Assembly (NCBI GenBank): GCA_963664115.2
Contig: CAXWPJ010000009.1
Location: forward strand, 544,001 to 608,000
Direction of reading: 5' to 3'
Source of the DNA: Terriglobia bacterium
Lineage (GTDB): Bacteria > Acidobacteriota > Terriglobia > 20CM-2-55-15
DNA: 64,000 nt
Shown here: positions 49,386 through 59,633 of the stretch, one piece after another
Layout: each line of letters begins with the position of its first letter
Numbering within the stretch: the stretch's first letter is position 1
Position numbers and translations under genes: made by a program
The notes under the pieces: generated by a model
Told to the model about the DNA's origin: nothing
What the model saw: the letters and a program-made list of their open reading frames with translations, nothing else
Databases searched by the model: none

Positions 49386-50000
49386 ATGGGCGTGCGTTTC
49401 ATGTCTCGGCTGGCGTTCTCGGTGCGACGGCTCTACGATTGGGTGATCGGCTGGGCCGACAGTCCGTACAGCCAATGGGCCCTGTTCGGCATCGCATTTG
49501 CGGAATCGTCCTTCTTTCCCATACCACCCGATATTCTCCTCATCGCTCTCGGCGTTGCACTCCCCCTCAGAGCACTCCGTTACGCCCTGATATGCAGCCT
49601 GGGGTCGGTGATTGGTGGCATTTTCGGATATTGGATCGGATACGAATTCTTCGGGATCATTGGCGAGCCCATCGTCCGGTTTTACGCCGCAGAAGACCAA
49701 TATGTCAGGGTGCAGGAATTATATCGCCAGTATGACGCCTTCGCCGTGGCTATAGCAGGTCTCACCCCCATTCCGTACAAGGTCGCAACGATCACAGCCG
49801 GATTCTTCGAGGTCAACTTCGGACGTTTCGTGCTGGCGTCCGCTGTGAGTCGATCCCTTCGCTTTTTCGTGATTGGCGGCCTGATTCGCGTTTTCGGGGC
49901 TCCGATCCGGGCATTCATCGAAAAATATTTTGAGATTTTGATCATAATATTCCTTATCCTATTGGTCGCCGGCTTCGCAGTAGTTCGGTTATTTTTTTAA
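49386..50000 (+). CDS. YqaA/DedA family membrane protein
   Basis: FAESSFFPIPPD, TPIPYKV and SRSLRFF motifs; GGAGG RBS. Confidence 0.93.
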   Translation: MGVRFMSRLAFSVRRLYDWVIGWADSPYSQWALFGIAFAESSFFPIPPDILLIALGVALPLRALRYALICSLGSVIGGIFGYWIGYEFFGIIGEPIVRFYAAEDQYVRVQELYRQYDAFAVAIAGLTPIPYKVATITAGFFEVNFGRFVLASAVSRSLRFFVIGGLIRVFGAPIRAFIEKYFEILIIIFLILLVAGFAVVRLFF

Positions 50001-50016
50001 GAAAGAGGAGAATTGA

Positions 50017-50496
50017 ATGCCCAATCCAACCAACGAGCTGAAGGTCGGCGATGAAGCGCCGGACTTCACTCTCCCATCGCATCTCGACTCCGAGATGACA
50101 TTGTCCAGTTTCAGGGGCAAGAAGAACGTGGTCATGGCCTTTTACCCGGTCGCGTTCACACCCGTGTGAACGCTGCAGATACCGGCGTATGAGGAAGATC
50201 TTTCCGAATTCGACCGGTCCGATACCCAGGTCCTGGGTATTAGCATCGACTCGACATATTCCAACAAGGCGTGGGCCGAATCACTGGGTGGAATCTCCTA
50301 TCCCTTGCTGAGCGACTTCTGGCCTCACGGAATGGTCGCATTGAAATATAACGTCCTTCGAAAGGAAGGCATCACCGAGCGTGCGATCTTCATAATCGAC
50401 AAGAAAGGCATCGTGCGCTATATCGACGTTCACGACATCGGCGACCAACCCAAGAATTCAGTTCTTTTCGAAGAACTGAATAAGATCGCGGGTTAA
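50017..50496 (+). CDS. selenocysteine-containing peroxiredoxin (AhpE-like); in-frame TGA at 50167-50169
   Basis: [11 protein letters not shown]...[13 protein letters not shown]...LLSDFWPHG...ERAIFIID. The TGA falls at the peroxidatic Cys position and the protein contains no Cys. Confidence 0.92.
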
Positions 50497-50510
50497 GGAA
50501 TCCGACCGGC

Positions 50511-51233
50511 ATGGGCGGCGAAACCGCCCATGCCAACCTCCCCTCCCAGATGCCCATTCAGATTGCCAGAGCCTGTATTCCTTACACGCCTTTCAAGCGT
50601 GACCTCAATGGTTCGCGGGTAGCTCTCGTGACAACCGCAGGCGTCTATGCGGAGGGAATGGAGCCATTCACGGACAACGATTTAAGCTTCAGGAAGATTC
50701 CCAGTGACGTCGACACCGGAGAGCTTCGGGTTGTTGCCGGTCACTACGACCCCACCTCTGCCGCAGCCGATATCAACTGCGTATTTCCATTGGATAGACT
50801 GAGAGATCTCGTTTCAAACGGTGTCGTGGGGAAGATATCCGACTTCCACATTTCGATGGGACTGACGACCCAGTTGCGGAAACTCAAGGAAGATGTCAGT
50901 TGGACTCTGGCAGAAGAGGTCGCACGGCTACGCCCGGATGTGGTGCTTCTGACCGGTGGCTGACCGCTCTGCCATCGGACGGTCGTCACGATTCAACGGG
51001 CCATCGAGTGCATGGGTATCGCTTCAGTTCTGATTACGGTCTCGCCCGACGAGTCCGAACAAGCCGGCCCCTCCCGCGCGCTATACCCCAAGCCGTTTAC
51101 CGTGGGTCAGTCGCTCGGTCCCCCGCACCAGGCTGCACTCCAGCTTCGAATAATTTCAGACGCGCTGGATCTCTTGAAGAACCCCGGAGAACCCGGGACA
51201 ATCGTTACGAAAGACTACGGTCCTACAGCGTAA
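50511..51233 (+). CDS. PrdB/GrdB-family reductase selenoprotein B; in-frame TGA at 50961-50963
   Basis: VALVTTAGV, HYD, DINCVFPLDRL and LLTGG-U-PLCHRTV..QRAIE..GI (UxxC) motifs. Confidence 0.9.
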
Positions 51234-51495
51234 TGACTGATTGCAGGCTGGTTATCTCGATCCGCTTCCCGCATCGGGGCGTTTCACAACGGACCGTGTC
51301 GTCGATCCGTACCATATAATCCCGGGCTGCCTTGAAGCGGGCACGATCATCCTCACTGGCATGGCGCGGCAGCGATTTCTTCTTCGAACGAACCCTCCAG
51401 CGGATCTTGTATTCGTTCAACTGTCTACAGGACGGGCAGTTCAAGCGGTGGATCTTGACTTCGTCCTTTTCCGAAAAAAACTCTCGTTCTTCCAC
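51223..51495 (-). CDS. small Cys4 zinc-ribbon-like hypothetical protein
   Basis: GTG start (MEEREFF...); CPSC and CETPRC motifs. Confidence 0.75.
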   Translation of the reverse strand: MEEREFFSEKDEVKIHRLNCPSCRQLNEYKIRWRVRSKKKSLPRHASEDDRARFKAARDYMVRIDDTVRCETPRCGKRIEITSLQSVITL

Positions 51496-51578
51496 GTTAG
51501 TTCGGTCTCTCTTTTTGTGCGTTGTTCGAAGCTCGTGGCCTTTACACCAATGTCCCCAAAATAAAGGCCTCGTTAATC

Positions 51579-51980
51579 TTACATGCTGTGTCCAATAATT
51601 GCGGTCGCGCTCACCAATATCACCGCTAGAAGTTCGATCCCCAGCCACACAGTTCGAAACGCTTCTTCGGGAGAATCCACCCCCGCTTCGGCCGAGTAGC
51701 GAAGGAAGGTCACGGTCACAAGAACGATAACTGTAAGAATTCCCAGCCCGGCATGTCCGGTAACGGTTCCACCACTGCCCAGCCCGCTCATACCTGCCAG
51801 ACTGAAGCCCGTTACAGTGGCAACGACCGCCGCCAGGGCGGCGAATGGTGTAAGGCTTGACCCGATTCGATATAGCCTGGGGGCACGGGCATAGAAGCCG
51901 CGAGCGTCGTAGAAGAACGCCGCAAACGTCAGTGCGATGGGAAAGTGAACGATGAGGGTGTGAAGTTGAATACCAAACAT
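51579..51980 (-). CDS. DUF2231-family membrane protein
   Basis: LHTLIVHFPIAL; four TM helices with conserved His residues. Confidence 0.85.
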   Translation of the reverse strand: MFGIQLHTLIVHFPIALTFAAFFYDARGFYARAPRLYRIGSSLTPFAALAAVVATVTGFSLAGMSGLGSGGTVTGHAGLGILTVIVLVTVTFLRYSAEAGVDSPEEAFRTVWLGIELLAVILVSATAIIGHSM

Positions 51981-52053
51981 TTTTGCTCGATCCAGACTGC
52001 CTGCTGTCGACTGCCTTTCGACACTTTGATTCGCAGGAGGGATGCGGACTCGT

Positions 52054-52124
52054 GAAGGGGACGGACACTTCATGCAACATTATGCCCTGGCGAGTGTATT
52101 TCGTCTGAAGTGTCCGTCCCCTTC
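52054..52124. repeat. perfect 19-bp inverted repeat with 33-nt spacer (REP/MITE-like)
   Basis: GAAGGGGACGGACACTTCA (52054-52072) / TGAAGTGTCCGTCCCCTTC (52106-52124). Confidence 0.8.
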
Positions 52125-52248
52125 TATCTTCCCCACCGCGGGTTACTCGCCCTCACCTATTCTCTTAACACCGACGGAATCGGTTTGTACAGTCCGGCAA
52201 GAAACGCATCTATCATTACAGTGTGCTTTACGACCGCAGACTTCCGCT

Positions 52249-52277
52249 TTGCCCGATGACGCTTCCATCCCTATAAT
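52249..52277 (+). promoter_or_regulatory. sigma70 promoter TTGCCC-N17-TATAAT for ispG (near-leaderless)
   Basis: -10 box ends 8 nt before ATG 52286; no SD sequence. Confidence 0.6.
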
Positions 52278-52285
52278 TTGCACAT

Positions 52286-53542
52286 ATGCCTGAACAACCA
52301 CGACGGCAATCGCTCACCGTAGATGTCGCCGGTGTCTGCGTGGGGGGCACCCACCCGATCGTCGTACAATCGATGACGAACACCGACACCGGGGACGTCG
52401 CCGCGACCGTGCAACAGATTGCGGCACTTAGTGAAGCTGGATCGGAGTTGGTCCGGATAACGGTCGACACACGGGAATCAGCACAGTCTGTCGCTGAAAT
52501 CGTAGAGAGGCTCCGTGATCAGGGCATCCAAACACCCATCATTGGGGACTTCCACTACAACGGGCACATCCTGCTCCGAGAGTTCCCCGAATGTGCGGCA
52601 GCTCTGGCCAAGTACCGGATTAACCCGGGCAACGTTGGAATGGGCAGCCACCACGACGAAAACTTTGAAACAATAATCGGAATAGCTCGAGACAACCAGA
52701 AAGCCGTTCGTATTGGCGTCAACTGGGGGTCGCTGGACCAGACACTCGTCACCCGGCTGATGGATGAAAACGCGAAACGCAGCGAACCCAGGAACGCCCG
52801 CGGCGTCGTACTCGAAGCGATGGTCACGAGCGCACTTGAATCGGTCCAACTCGCGGAGTCATGTGGCCTTGGCCGGGACAGAATTATATTGAGCGCGAAG
52901 GTTTCGACGGTCTCCGACTTGATCGAAGTATACAGGGATCTGGCATCCCGGACAGACTGCCCACTCCACCTGGGATTGACGGAAGCCGGTATGGGACGAA
53001 AGGGCATCGTTGCCAGCACCGCCGGGCTTTCTGTTCTGCTTGCTGAGGGGATCGGGGACACGATTCGTGTAAGCCTGACCCCTGCCCCCGGGGGCGATCG
53101 CACCGAAGAAGTCCGGATTTGCCGTGACGTTCTCCAGAGTCTCGGTCTTGGCTGCTTCTCACCTCAGGTGGCCGCTTGCCCTGGCTGTGGCCGGACGACG
53201 AGCACTCTATTTCAGGAAATGGCCCAGGACATCGAAAAATATCTCGAAAGTCAGATGCCGAAGTGGAGAGGGCTTTACACAGGAGTAGAGGAACTGCGAG
53301 TTGCTGTTATGGGATGTGTGGTCAACGGACCGGGCGAGTCGAAACATGCCGACATCGGGATCTCACTCCCAGGGAACGGTGAGGAACCCAAGGCTCCCGT
53401 TTATGTCGATTCCAGTCTCCACACGACCCTTCGGGGCGACACCATAGTCAGCGATTTCATCGCTATCCTGGAAGAGTATGTCCGGACACGGTACGGCAAG
53501 AAACCAGTTAGGAGTTCGACCTTGCGGAATCCCCGCACTTAA
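52286..53542 (+). CDS. ispG: (E)-4-hydroxy-3-methylbut-2-enyl-diphosphate synthase
   Basis: [39 protein letters not shown] and [10 protein letters not shown] motifs. Confidence 0.98.
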   Translation: MPEQPRRQSLTVDVAGVCVGGTHPIVVQSMTNTDTGDVAATVQQIAALSEAGSELVRITVDTRESAQSVAEIVERLRDQGIQTPIIGDFHYNGHILLREFPECAAALAKYRINPGNVGMGSHHDENFETIIGIARDNQKAVRIGVNWGSLDQTLVTRLMDENAKRSEPRNARGVVLEAMVTSALESVQLAESCGLGRDRIILSAKVSTVSDLIEVYRDLASRTDCPLHLGLTEAGMGRKGIVASTAGLSVLLAEGIGDTIRVSLTPAPGGDRTEEVRICRDVLQSLGLGCFSPQVAACPGCGRTTSTLFQEMAQDIEKYLESQMPKWRGLYTGVEELRVAVMGCVVNGPGESKHADIGISLPGNGEEPKAPVYVDSSLHTTLRGDTIVSDFIAILEEYVRTRYGKKPVRSSTLRNPRT

Positions 53543-53837
53543 ATTTCAACTTCCTATTTCTTGTTCGACGGTTTAACTCCGGAGAAACGGACGGCTGGTC
53601 TTTGTGAGGGAAAGAAAGCAGCTTCGGAAATTCCTCCTCCACGCAAAACCAGGCGGCTGCGGTCGAACCCTCCGATGACGAAAATTACGCTATCTCGACC
53701 CACTGCGACCCCATTTCATCCCTGCTTCGTCTATGATAGATACCGAACCGCCCAGCAATAGGCAGATGAAAAATAGGTTAATTGTTGCTGAGAATTCTGT
53801 TAAATTTGCCTCATCGCGTTGGAGGATTACGAAAACC

Positions 53838-54347
53838 ATGAAGATTAAGTACGTCTTTGGCTGTCTGGCCCTGTTATTGGCCTTGAGCGTAAATGCATCG
53901 GCACAGCTGATTGCAGGAACCCCGGAGGACATGCTGTATCAGCGGATAACGGACGCCCCCGATCTGGACCAGAAGATGGAGCTGTGCCTACAGTTTGAGA
54001 CAGAGTTCCCCGATTCCAGCGTGCTGGGTGACGTCTACACGCTCTTGATGGACGCCCATAATCAGAGGAACGAATCCGATCAAACGATCGAATACGGAGA
54101 AAAGGCCCTCGAAGTGGACGGGGAAAACGTCACCGCGTTGATGACTGTGGCTCGAACGCTGTCGGTAGCCAGACAGCAACCGGCCAAGGCGGTGGATTAC
54201 GCGGAACGCGCTGTAAACACAATTGAGCAAATGAAGACCGGCGATATGCCGCAACAGTTCACACCGGAAACGTGGCAAGCCTACCTCACGAGTCTGGAAG
54301 GCCCTGCCCGGGACATCCTCAGTTACGCCAGGGCTGTCAGCCCTTAG
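53838..54347 (+). CDS. secreted TPR-like helical protein
   Basis: Signal peptide (ASA-Q); YGEKAL and YAERA repeats. Confidence 0.8.
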   Translation: MKIKYVFGCLALLLALSVNASAQLIAGTPEDMLYQRITDAPDLDQKMELCLQFETEFPDSSVLGDVYTLLMDAHNQRNESDQTIEYGEKALEVDGENVTALMTVARTLSVARQQPAKAVDYAERAVNTIEQMKTGDMPQQFTPETWQAYLTSLEGPARDILSYARAVSP

Positions 54348-54429
54348 CATCCCCTCTAGCGGATATTTTCGGATGGGAGGAGCGCTCTCATCCAACCCAG
54401 CTCTCGTTCTCGGACAAGTGTGTCCCAAA

Positions 54430-56028
54430 TCAGGCGATGTCGAACTGCCGCAGGAAATGGAGTGAAGTGAGTCCTTCACCCGTGGCGCGCTCCAACAAAG
54501 AGTTCCACGCCCATCGCGCCCCCGGCTCGAAAACCTGCTCCCTCATGTATGCACCCACCTCTGGGGTAAACATGTCCCCGTCGGGGGCCACCTCTCGCCC
54601 GACGTATTCCAGAACCTGAGACGCCATCAGCTCACCTAGGATGTAATTGTGGTAGTAGACCGGAACGATCGCGAGGTGGATCTTCGACGCCCAATCGGGA
54701 CGGGTTCTATCTGAAGGCGGTGCCACCTTCTGGATCCGTTCGACAAGATCCCACCAGAGTGACCCAAGATCCTGGCGCGGATCGCGGTACAACTCTCTTT
54801 CAAAGCGTACGAGCGTGAGCGCCCATCTCACAAAGACCAGCATCGAGCTTCGAAGAGCCTGGAATATCTCCTCACCCATTTCCTCTGCCGTCTCGACGGG
54901 GACTCCCGCAAAACGGACGAGCCAGGACGGGGTTTTGGTCATTCGTCCGTTCAGCATGGCGACGGCTTCTGTCGTAAACGTGTGGGCGGGCCTGCGCAGA
55001 GCGAACGGCAGGGAACGATCGTTGTACTTGTCATAGACGGCATGTCCGAATTCGTGGAGCATGACGCTCATCCACCGCTCATTGTGACGGATATTGCACA
55101 GAACCCTTACGTCGCCCGCATGGTCTACGTCCAGACAGAATGCGTGTTGAGATTTTCCCTCGCGCTCGTACAGATCAGCATCCAGCAAAAGGTCATCGAT
55201 TTCCATACCCTGGCTCTGGAAGTGCCTGCGGGTCAACTCTTCGAGGTTCTGGTTCTCGAAGATTGCGTCAAGTTTCCGAGTGACACCCATCGACGGGAGC
55301 TCCTGGAAAAACGGATCGCTGTAGAGCCAGGGGTGGCTCGCGGCTCCAGGGACGCCAAACCGTTGTTTGAGTTCCTGATCCAGTTCTGCCTTGGCATTGA
55401 TATAGGCAGTTTCCGACGCGCTCTCCAATTCGTCCAACAGGCTGAACAACCATCCCTCCTCGAATTCCTGGGTCTCCAGCATGAGCGTGTAGTAGTCCGC
55501 GAATCCAAGCCTCGAGGCTTCCTTGTTTCGAAGTTCGACCAGAGCGATCACGTCCTCCGCAACTGCCTCACCCACCTGTTTGCTCGCTTCCCACACTCGA
55601 CGGCGGTGATCGATGTCCTCCAAAGAACCCAGCATTTCGCGCAGTTCGTTGTCCGACACCTTGCGACTGTCAAGATCCGCACGGAAAGTGTTGAAGGTGT
55701 TTTCGATCTGAGCCTCCTTGTAGACAATCTCCTTGAGAACGTCCGCATCCATCTGGTAGGGAAGGAAGTCCAGGTAAGCACACTCCAGCTCGCGAGCGCT
55801 TACTTCGCCAAGATCTCCACTCATTTCCTTGCGCCACGACTTCAAGCGCTCAAAGGCCTTTCTATCTCTGTAGACATCCAGATACCGGCCCTTGGCCGCG
55901 ACAAGCGCGTCGACCGACTCGGGGGTGCCTGTCAGAGACATTTCCCAGAAGCTTCGCGAGTAATCCCGGTGGAGGGGCTCTATCGCTTTGTTGTGTTGGG
56001 TGAGGAAAGCCCGGAGTTCTTTGTGCAT
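54430..56028 (-). CDS. M3/M2-family zinc metallopeptidase
   Basis: HEFGH, TEAVA and H....PVYYHNY motifs. Confidence 0.9.
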   Translation of the reverse strand: MHKELRAFLTQHNKAIEPLHRDYSRSFWEMSLTGTPESVDALVAAKGRYLDVYRDRKAFERLKSWRKEMSGDLGEVSARELECAYLDFLPYQMDADVLKEIVYKEAQIENTFNTFRADLDSRKVSDNELREMLGSLEDIDHRRRVWEASKQVGEAVAEDVIALVELRNKEASRLGFADYYTLMLETQEFEEGWLFSLLDELESASETAYINAKAELDQELKQRFGVPGAASHPWLYSDPFFQELPSMGVTRKLDAIFENQNLEELTRRHFQSQGMEIDDLLLDADLYEREGKSQHAFCLDVDHAGDVRVLCNIRHNERWMSVMLHEFGHAVYDKYNDRSLPFALRRPAHTFTTEAVAMLNGRMTKTPSWLVRFAGVPVETAEEMGEEIFQALRSSMLVFVRWALTLVRFERELYRDPRQDLGSLWWDLVERIQKVAPPSDRTRPDWASKIHLAIVPVYYHNYILGELMASQVLEYVGREVAPDGDMFTPEVGAYMREQVFEPGARWAWNSLLERATGEGLTSLHFLRQFDIA

Positions 56029-56038
56029 TGCTCCAAAT

Positions 56039-56374
56039 CTACTCGGGCGTCACGAAATCGGTTACCGTTAGCCCGCTGGCGTACTTTCGGATCTCCTGAC
56101 CCACCTCGACGTGGAACGGGTCCTTCTGGTAGATCTCCAAGCCCTCCTCATCCGCGAAGTCCATCAGCAAGACATACTGAAATTCGGAGGACATGCGGGC
56201 GCGATATCCGGCGTCTCGCGGCTGGAGCACTTCACCGATGGCCAGCCGCCGCACAGAGCGAATGTCTGATAATTTACGAATCTGCCCAAACAAGTCCTCG
56301 CGGTCAGAATCCGAAGTATCAGCCTTCAAGTTCAACATCAACATGTGACGAATCATCTCGTTTGTCTCCTTCAA
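56039..56374 (-). CDS. Dabb family (stress-responsive A/B barrel) protein
   Basis: MIRH..., F..EEGL..YQ..P.H and terminal DF motifs. Confidence 0.85.
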   Translation of the reverse strand: MKETNEMIRHMLMLNLKADTSDSDREDLFGQIRKLSDIRSVRRLAIGEVLQPRDAGYRARMSSEFQYVLLMDFADEEGLEIYQKDPFHVEVGQEIRKYASGLTVTDFVTPE

Positions 56375-57282
56375 TCGGGGCTTCTAACGGACGGATCGCG
56401 AACCTCGGTGCCGGCCAGCTCTTCAAAAAATTGAATGATTCCGCTATGGTCGTCCCCGCCCCGGGACCGGGCCTGCATGGCTCTAAGGAACTGCTGAACC
56501 AGTGCGGTCGTGGGGATTGGAACTCCCAGGGAAGCTGCGGCTGCCTGGACCAGACCCAGATCTTTTTGATGGAGATCGATCTTAAACCCCGGCGCAAAAT
56601 CACCGGACAGGATTTTTTCCGACTTCTGTTCCAGGCAACGACTGGCAGCCATACCACCGGAGAGCGCCTGGATCATTTTCCTGGGATTCACACCCGATCG
56701 CGCACCGAACACAAGGGCCTCACCCATTGCCGTCAGATTGATCGCCACGATCATCTGGTTGGCCAACTTGGTAAACCCTCCGCTCCCCAGAGATCCCATG
56801 TGGGTAATCGTTCGACCCATGACTTCAAACAGCGGCTGCGCCCGTTCGAAATCGGAGGATTCCCCGCCGACCATGATCGAGAGAATTCCCTCGATTGCGC
56901 CGGGTTCACCGCCACTGACGGGTGCGTCGAGCATAGCGACGCCCTTCGCTGCGAGTGCCTCGCCTATTTTCTGAGATATGAGAGGGTTGATTGTGCTCAT
57001 GTCGATCAGCAGCTGGCCCTCACGTGCCGCCTCGATGAGCCCGTCCGGACCCAAAGCCACGGATTCGACATCAGGCGAATCCGGAAGCATGGTGACTATG
57101 ATCTCGGAAGCTTCCCCCACCTGGCGCGGTGATTCGGCCCTGCCCGCACCCTCATGGCCCAGTTCATCGACGTTCCCGCGGCTTCTGTTGTGAACCAACA
57201 GCGGATACCCGGCCTTCAGCAGATTCCGAGCCATGGGCTTGCCCATGATTCCCAATCCAATAAACCCAATCTTTGTTTTCAT
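56371..57282 (-). CDS. garR: 2-hydroxy-3-oxopropionate reductase (beta-hydroxyacid dehydrogenase)
   Basis: GFIGLGIMGKPMA, DAPVSGGE, KLANQ and PGFKIDLHQKDL motifs. Confidence 0.88.
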   Translation of the reverse strand: MKTKIGFIGLGIMGKPMARNLLKAGYPLLVHNRSRGNVDELGHEGAGRAESPRQVGEASEIIVTMLPDSPDVESVALGPDGLIEAAREGQLLIDMSTINPLISQKIGEALAAKGVAMLDAPVSGGEPGAIEGILSIMVGGESSDFERAQPLFEVMGRTITHMGSLGSGGFTKLANQMIVAINLTAMGEALVFGARSGVNPRKMIQALSGGMAASRCLEQKSEKILSGDFAPGFKIDLHQKDLGLVQAAAASLGVPIPTTALVQQFLRAMQARSRGGDDHSGIIQFFEELAGTEVRDPSVRSPD

Positions 57283-57307
57283 ATATATTCAACTCAAGAA
57301 CAGATGA

Positions 57308-57437
57308 AACGCAGAGACGCGGAGATGCAGAGGAAGAAATGACAAGTTAAGAGTGACGAATTCGCTGACCAAAGGTCATTACTGGCCCAGAAAATACATT
57401 CATCCTCTGCGTCTTTGCGCCTTTGCGCCTTTGCGTT
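57308..57437. repeat. inverted arrays of a degenerate 8-nt unit (ACGCAGAG / CTTTGCGC)
   Basis: AACGCAGAGACGCGGAGATGCAGAGGA at 57308-57334; TCCTCTGCGTCTTTGCGCCTTTGCGCCTTTGCGTT at 57403-57437. Confidence 0.7.
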
Positions 57438-57469
57438 GAAATCTTCTCTCCGTGCCGCTGTCGGCGCTA

Positions 57470-59425
57470 TCAAGCTTCTTCGGACTCACGGAGTTTCGCC
57501 AGGACAGCATAGTCTTCAAGCGTCGTCGTGTCCCCAACGGCTTCCTTGCCCGAAGCCAGGTCCCGGAGGAGGCGCCGCATGATCTTGCCGCTTCGTGTCT
57601 TGGGAAGCGCATCGGTAAACCGGATCTGCTCGGGTTTGGCAAAAGCGCCGATAACTTTTCCGACGTGATCTCTCAGTTCGTTTTTGAGTTCCGGCGTGGG
57701 TTCACTATCACCGGTTGGCGTTACGAAGGCTACGACGCCCTGGCCCTTAATTTCGTGTTCGATCCCGACCGCAGCCGCTTCAGCGACGTTTGGATGGCTG
57801 ACGAGGGCACTTTCGACTTCCATCGTACCGATCCGGTGCCCCGAAACATTGATCACATCGTCGATGCGGCCCATGATCCAGAAGTAGCCGTCCTCATCCC
57901 GGCGAGCGCCGTCGCCGGTAAAGTAGACACCGGGAATTTCATCCCAGTACTGTTTCTTCATTCGCTCCGGATCGCCATAGATCGTCCGCAGCATGGATGG
58001 CCAGGGACGTTTGAGTACAAGGAAGCCACCCTGGTTGTCGGGGAGTGAGTTCCCATCGCGATCGACAACGTCGGGAACAATGCCAGGCAAGGGGCGCGTT
58101 CCGGAGCCGGGCTTTGTGGGTGTCGCTCCAGGCAGCGGGGAGATCATGATGGAACCGGTCTCGGTCTGCCACCAGGTATCTACGATCGGACAGTTTTCGC
58201 TCCCGATTTTGGAGTGGTACCACATCCAGGCTTCGGGGTTGATAGGCTCACCGACGGTTCCAAGCAATCGAAGGCTCGAAAGGTCGTGCTTTGCCGGCCA
58301 TTGATCGCCCCACTTGATGAAAGCCCGGATGGCCGTGGGGGCCGTGTAGAAGATGTTGATCCGATACTTCTCGATTATTGACCAGAGCCTGTCGGGCTCC
58401 GGATAGTTTGGAGCGCCCTCATACATCACGCTGGTCGTGCCGTTGAGCAAGGGCCCGTAAACGATATAGCTGTGTCCGGTGACCCATCCGATGTCGGCAC
58501 CACACCAGAACGTATCCTCATCTCGAAGATCGAAGACCCACTTCGCCGTCGCGTAGGCACTCACCATATAGCCGCCCGTCGTATGGACCACACCTTTCGG
58601 TTTTCCCGTCGTCCCGCTCGTGTAGAGCATGAACAAGGGGTGTTCAGCGTCCAACCAGACGGCCTCGGATTGGTCCGACGACTCGGCCATAAGTTCATGC
58701 CACCAGAGATCACGCCCAGATTCCATCCCAACCGTCTCCCCGGTCCGCCTGACGACAACGACTTTCTCCACCGAAGGCGCACCACCACCGAGAGCATCGT
58801 CCACGTTCTTCTTCAGAGGAACGATCACACCTCTACGATAGCCACCGTCAGCGGTGATGAGAATCTTCGATCCTGAGTCGTTGATACGGTCGCGCAACGC
58901 TTCTGCGCTGAACCCTCCGAACACAACGTTGTGCATCACACCCAGGCGGGCACACGCCAACATCGCTATAGGTAGTTCGGGCACCATTCCCAGATAGATC
59001 GTCGCTCGATCACCGCTCCGAAGACCCAGGGAAACCAGGACGTTGGTAAACCGGCAGACTTCACGATGCAGCATCTGGTAAGTCAGAATCCGCTGGTCAC
59101 CCGGTTCGCCCTCCCAGAGCAACGCTACGCGGTTCTTGCGCCAGCCGGAGAGATGACGGTCGAGGCAGTTGTAGGACAAGTTCGTCTTCGCACCCACGAA
59201 CCACTTCGCAACGGGCTCGTTCCATTCGAGAACCTTCGACCACGGTTCGAACCACTCCAGCTCGGATGCGATCTCGGACCAGAATACGTCGGGCTCATCC
59301 AGCGATCGTCGATACATCTCCTCGTACGCATCCATGCTCGAAATTCTGGCCTGGCTGGAAAATTCCGCACTGGGGGGGAAGACGCGACTTTCTTTAAGAG
59401 AGGATTCAATGTTCGTATCAGCCAT
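57470..59425 (-). CDS. acs: acetyl-CoA synthetase
   Basis: [20 protein letters not shown] and [12 protein letters not shown] motifs. Confidence 0.98.
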   Translation of the reverse strand: MADTNIESSLKESRVFPPSAEFSSQARISSMDAYEEMYRRSLDEPDVFWSEIASELEWFEPWSKVLEWNEPVAKWFVGAKTNLSYNCLDRHLSGWRKNRVALLWEGEPGDQRILTYQMLHREVCRFTNVLVSLGLRSGDRATIYLGMVPELPIAMLACARLGVMHNVVFGGFSAEALRDRINDSGSKILITADGGYRRGVIVPLKKNVDDALGGGAPSVEKVVVVRRTGETVGMESGRDLWWHELMAESSDQSEAVWLDAEHPLFMLYTSGTTGKPKGVVHTTGGYMVSAYATAKWVFDLRDEDTFWCGADIGWVTGHSYIVYGPLLNGTTSVMYEGAPNYPEPDRLWSIIEKYRINIFYTAPTAIRAFIKWGDQWPAKHDLSSLRLLGTVGEPINPEAWMWYHSKIGSENCPIVDTWWQTETGSIMISPLPGATPTKPGSGTRPLPGIVPDVVDRDGNSLPDNQGGFLVLKRPWPSMLRTIYGDPERMKKQYWDEIPGVYFTGDGARRDEDGYFWIMGRIDDVINVSGHRIGTMEVESALVSHPNVAEAAAVGIEHEIKGQGVVAFVTPTGDSEPTPELKNELRDHVGKVIGAFAKPEQIRFTDALPKTRSGKIMRRLLRDLASGKEAVGDTTTLEDYAVLAKLRESEEA

Positions 59426-59580
59426 GAGTGGATCCTTATTCTGTTACTCGGATTTCGCGGATCTATCTTCAGACATGAATTACACGCATCCGACTGATCA
59501 GACAGCTACGTCTAATCGGCGTAGTCCGCGTATTCGTAATTGCCGGCTCAGGGAGGATAAACCAGAGGGGAAACACATGC

Positions 59581-59611
59581 AAAAAAGGGCGGCCGTCCGG
59601 CCGCCCTTTTT
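59581..59611. terminator. bidirectional intrinsic terminator (native ferredoxin terminator, now downstream of IS copy 2)
   Basis: A6-GGGCGGCC-GTCC-GGCCGCCC-T5. Confidence 0.85.
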
Positions 59612-59633
59612 CGACTTTCAACTCGATGGACTA

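Noticed and set aside
51223-52080. 285-aa ORF
   Set aside because: Its 5' part overlaps the DUF2231 gene in another frame; only the last 90 aa look like a protein.
53590-53660. SRP RNA-like GAAAGAAAGCAGC
   Set aside because: The 5' CAGG half of the conserved internal loop and the tetraloop stem are missing.
54982-57132. 716-aa plus-strand ORF
   Set aside because: Antisense shadow of three well-supported minus-strand genes; no recognisable motifs.
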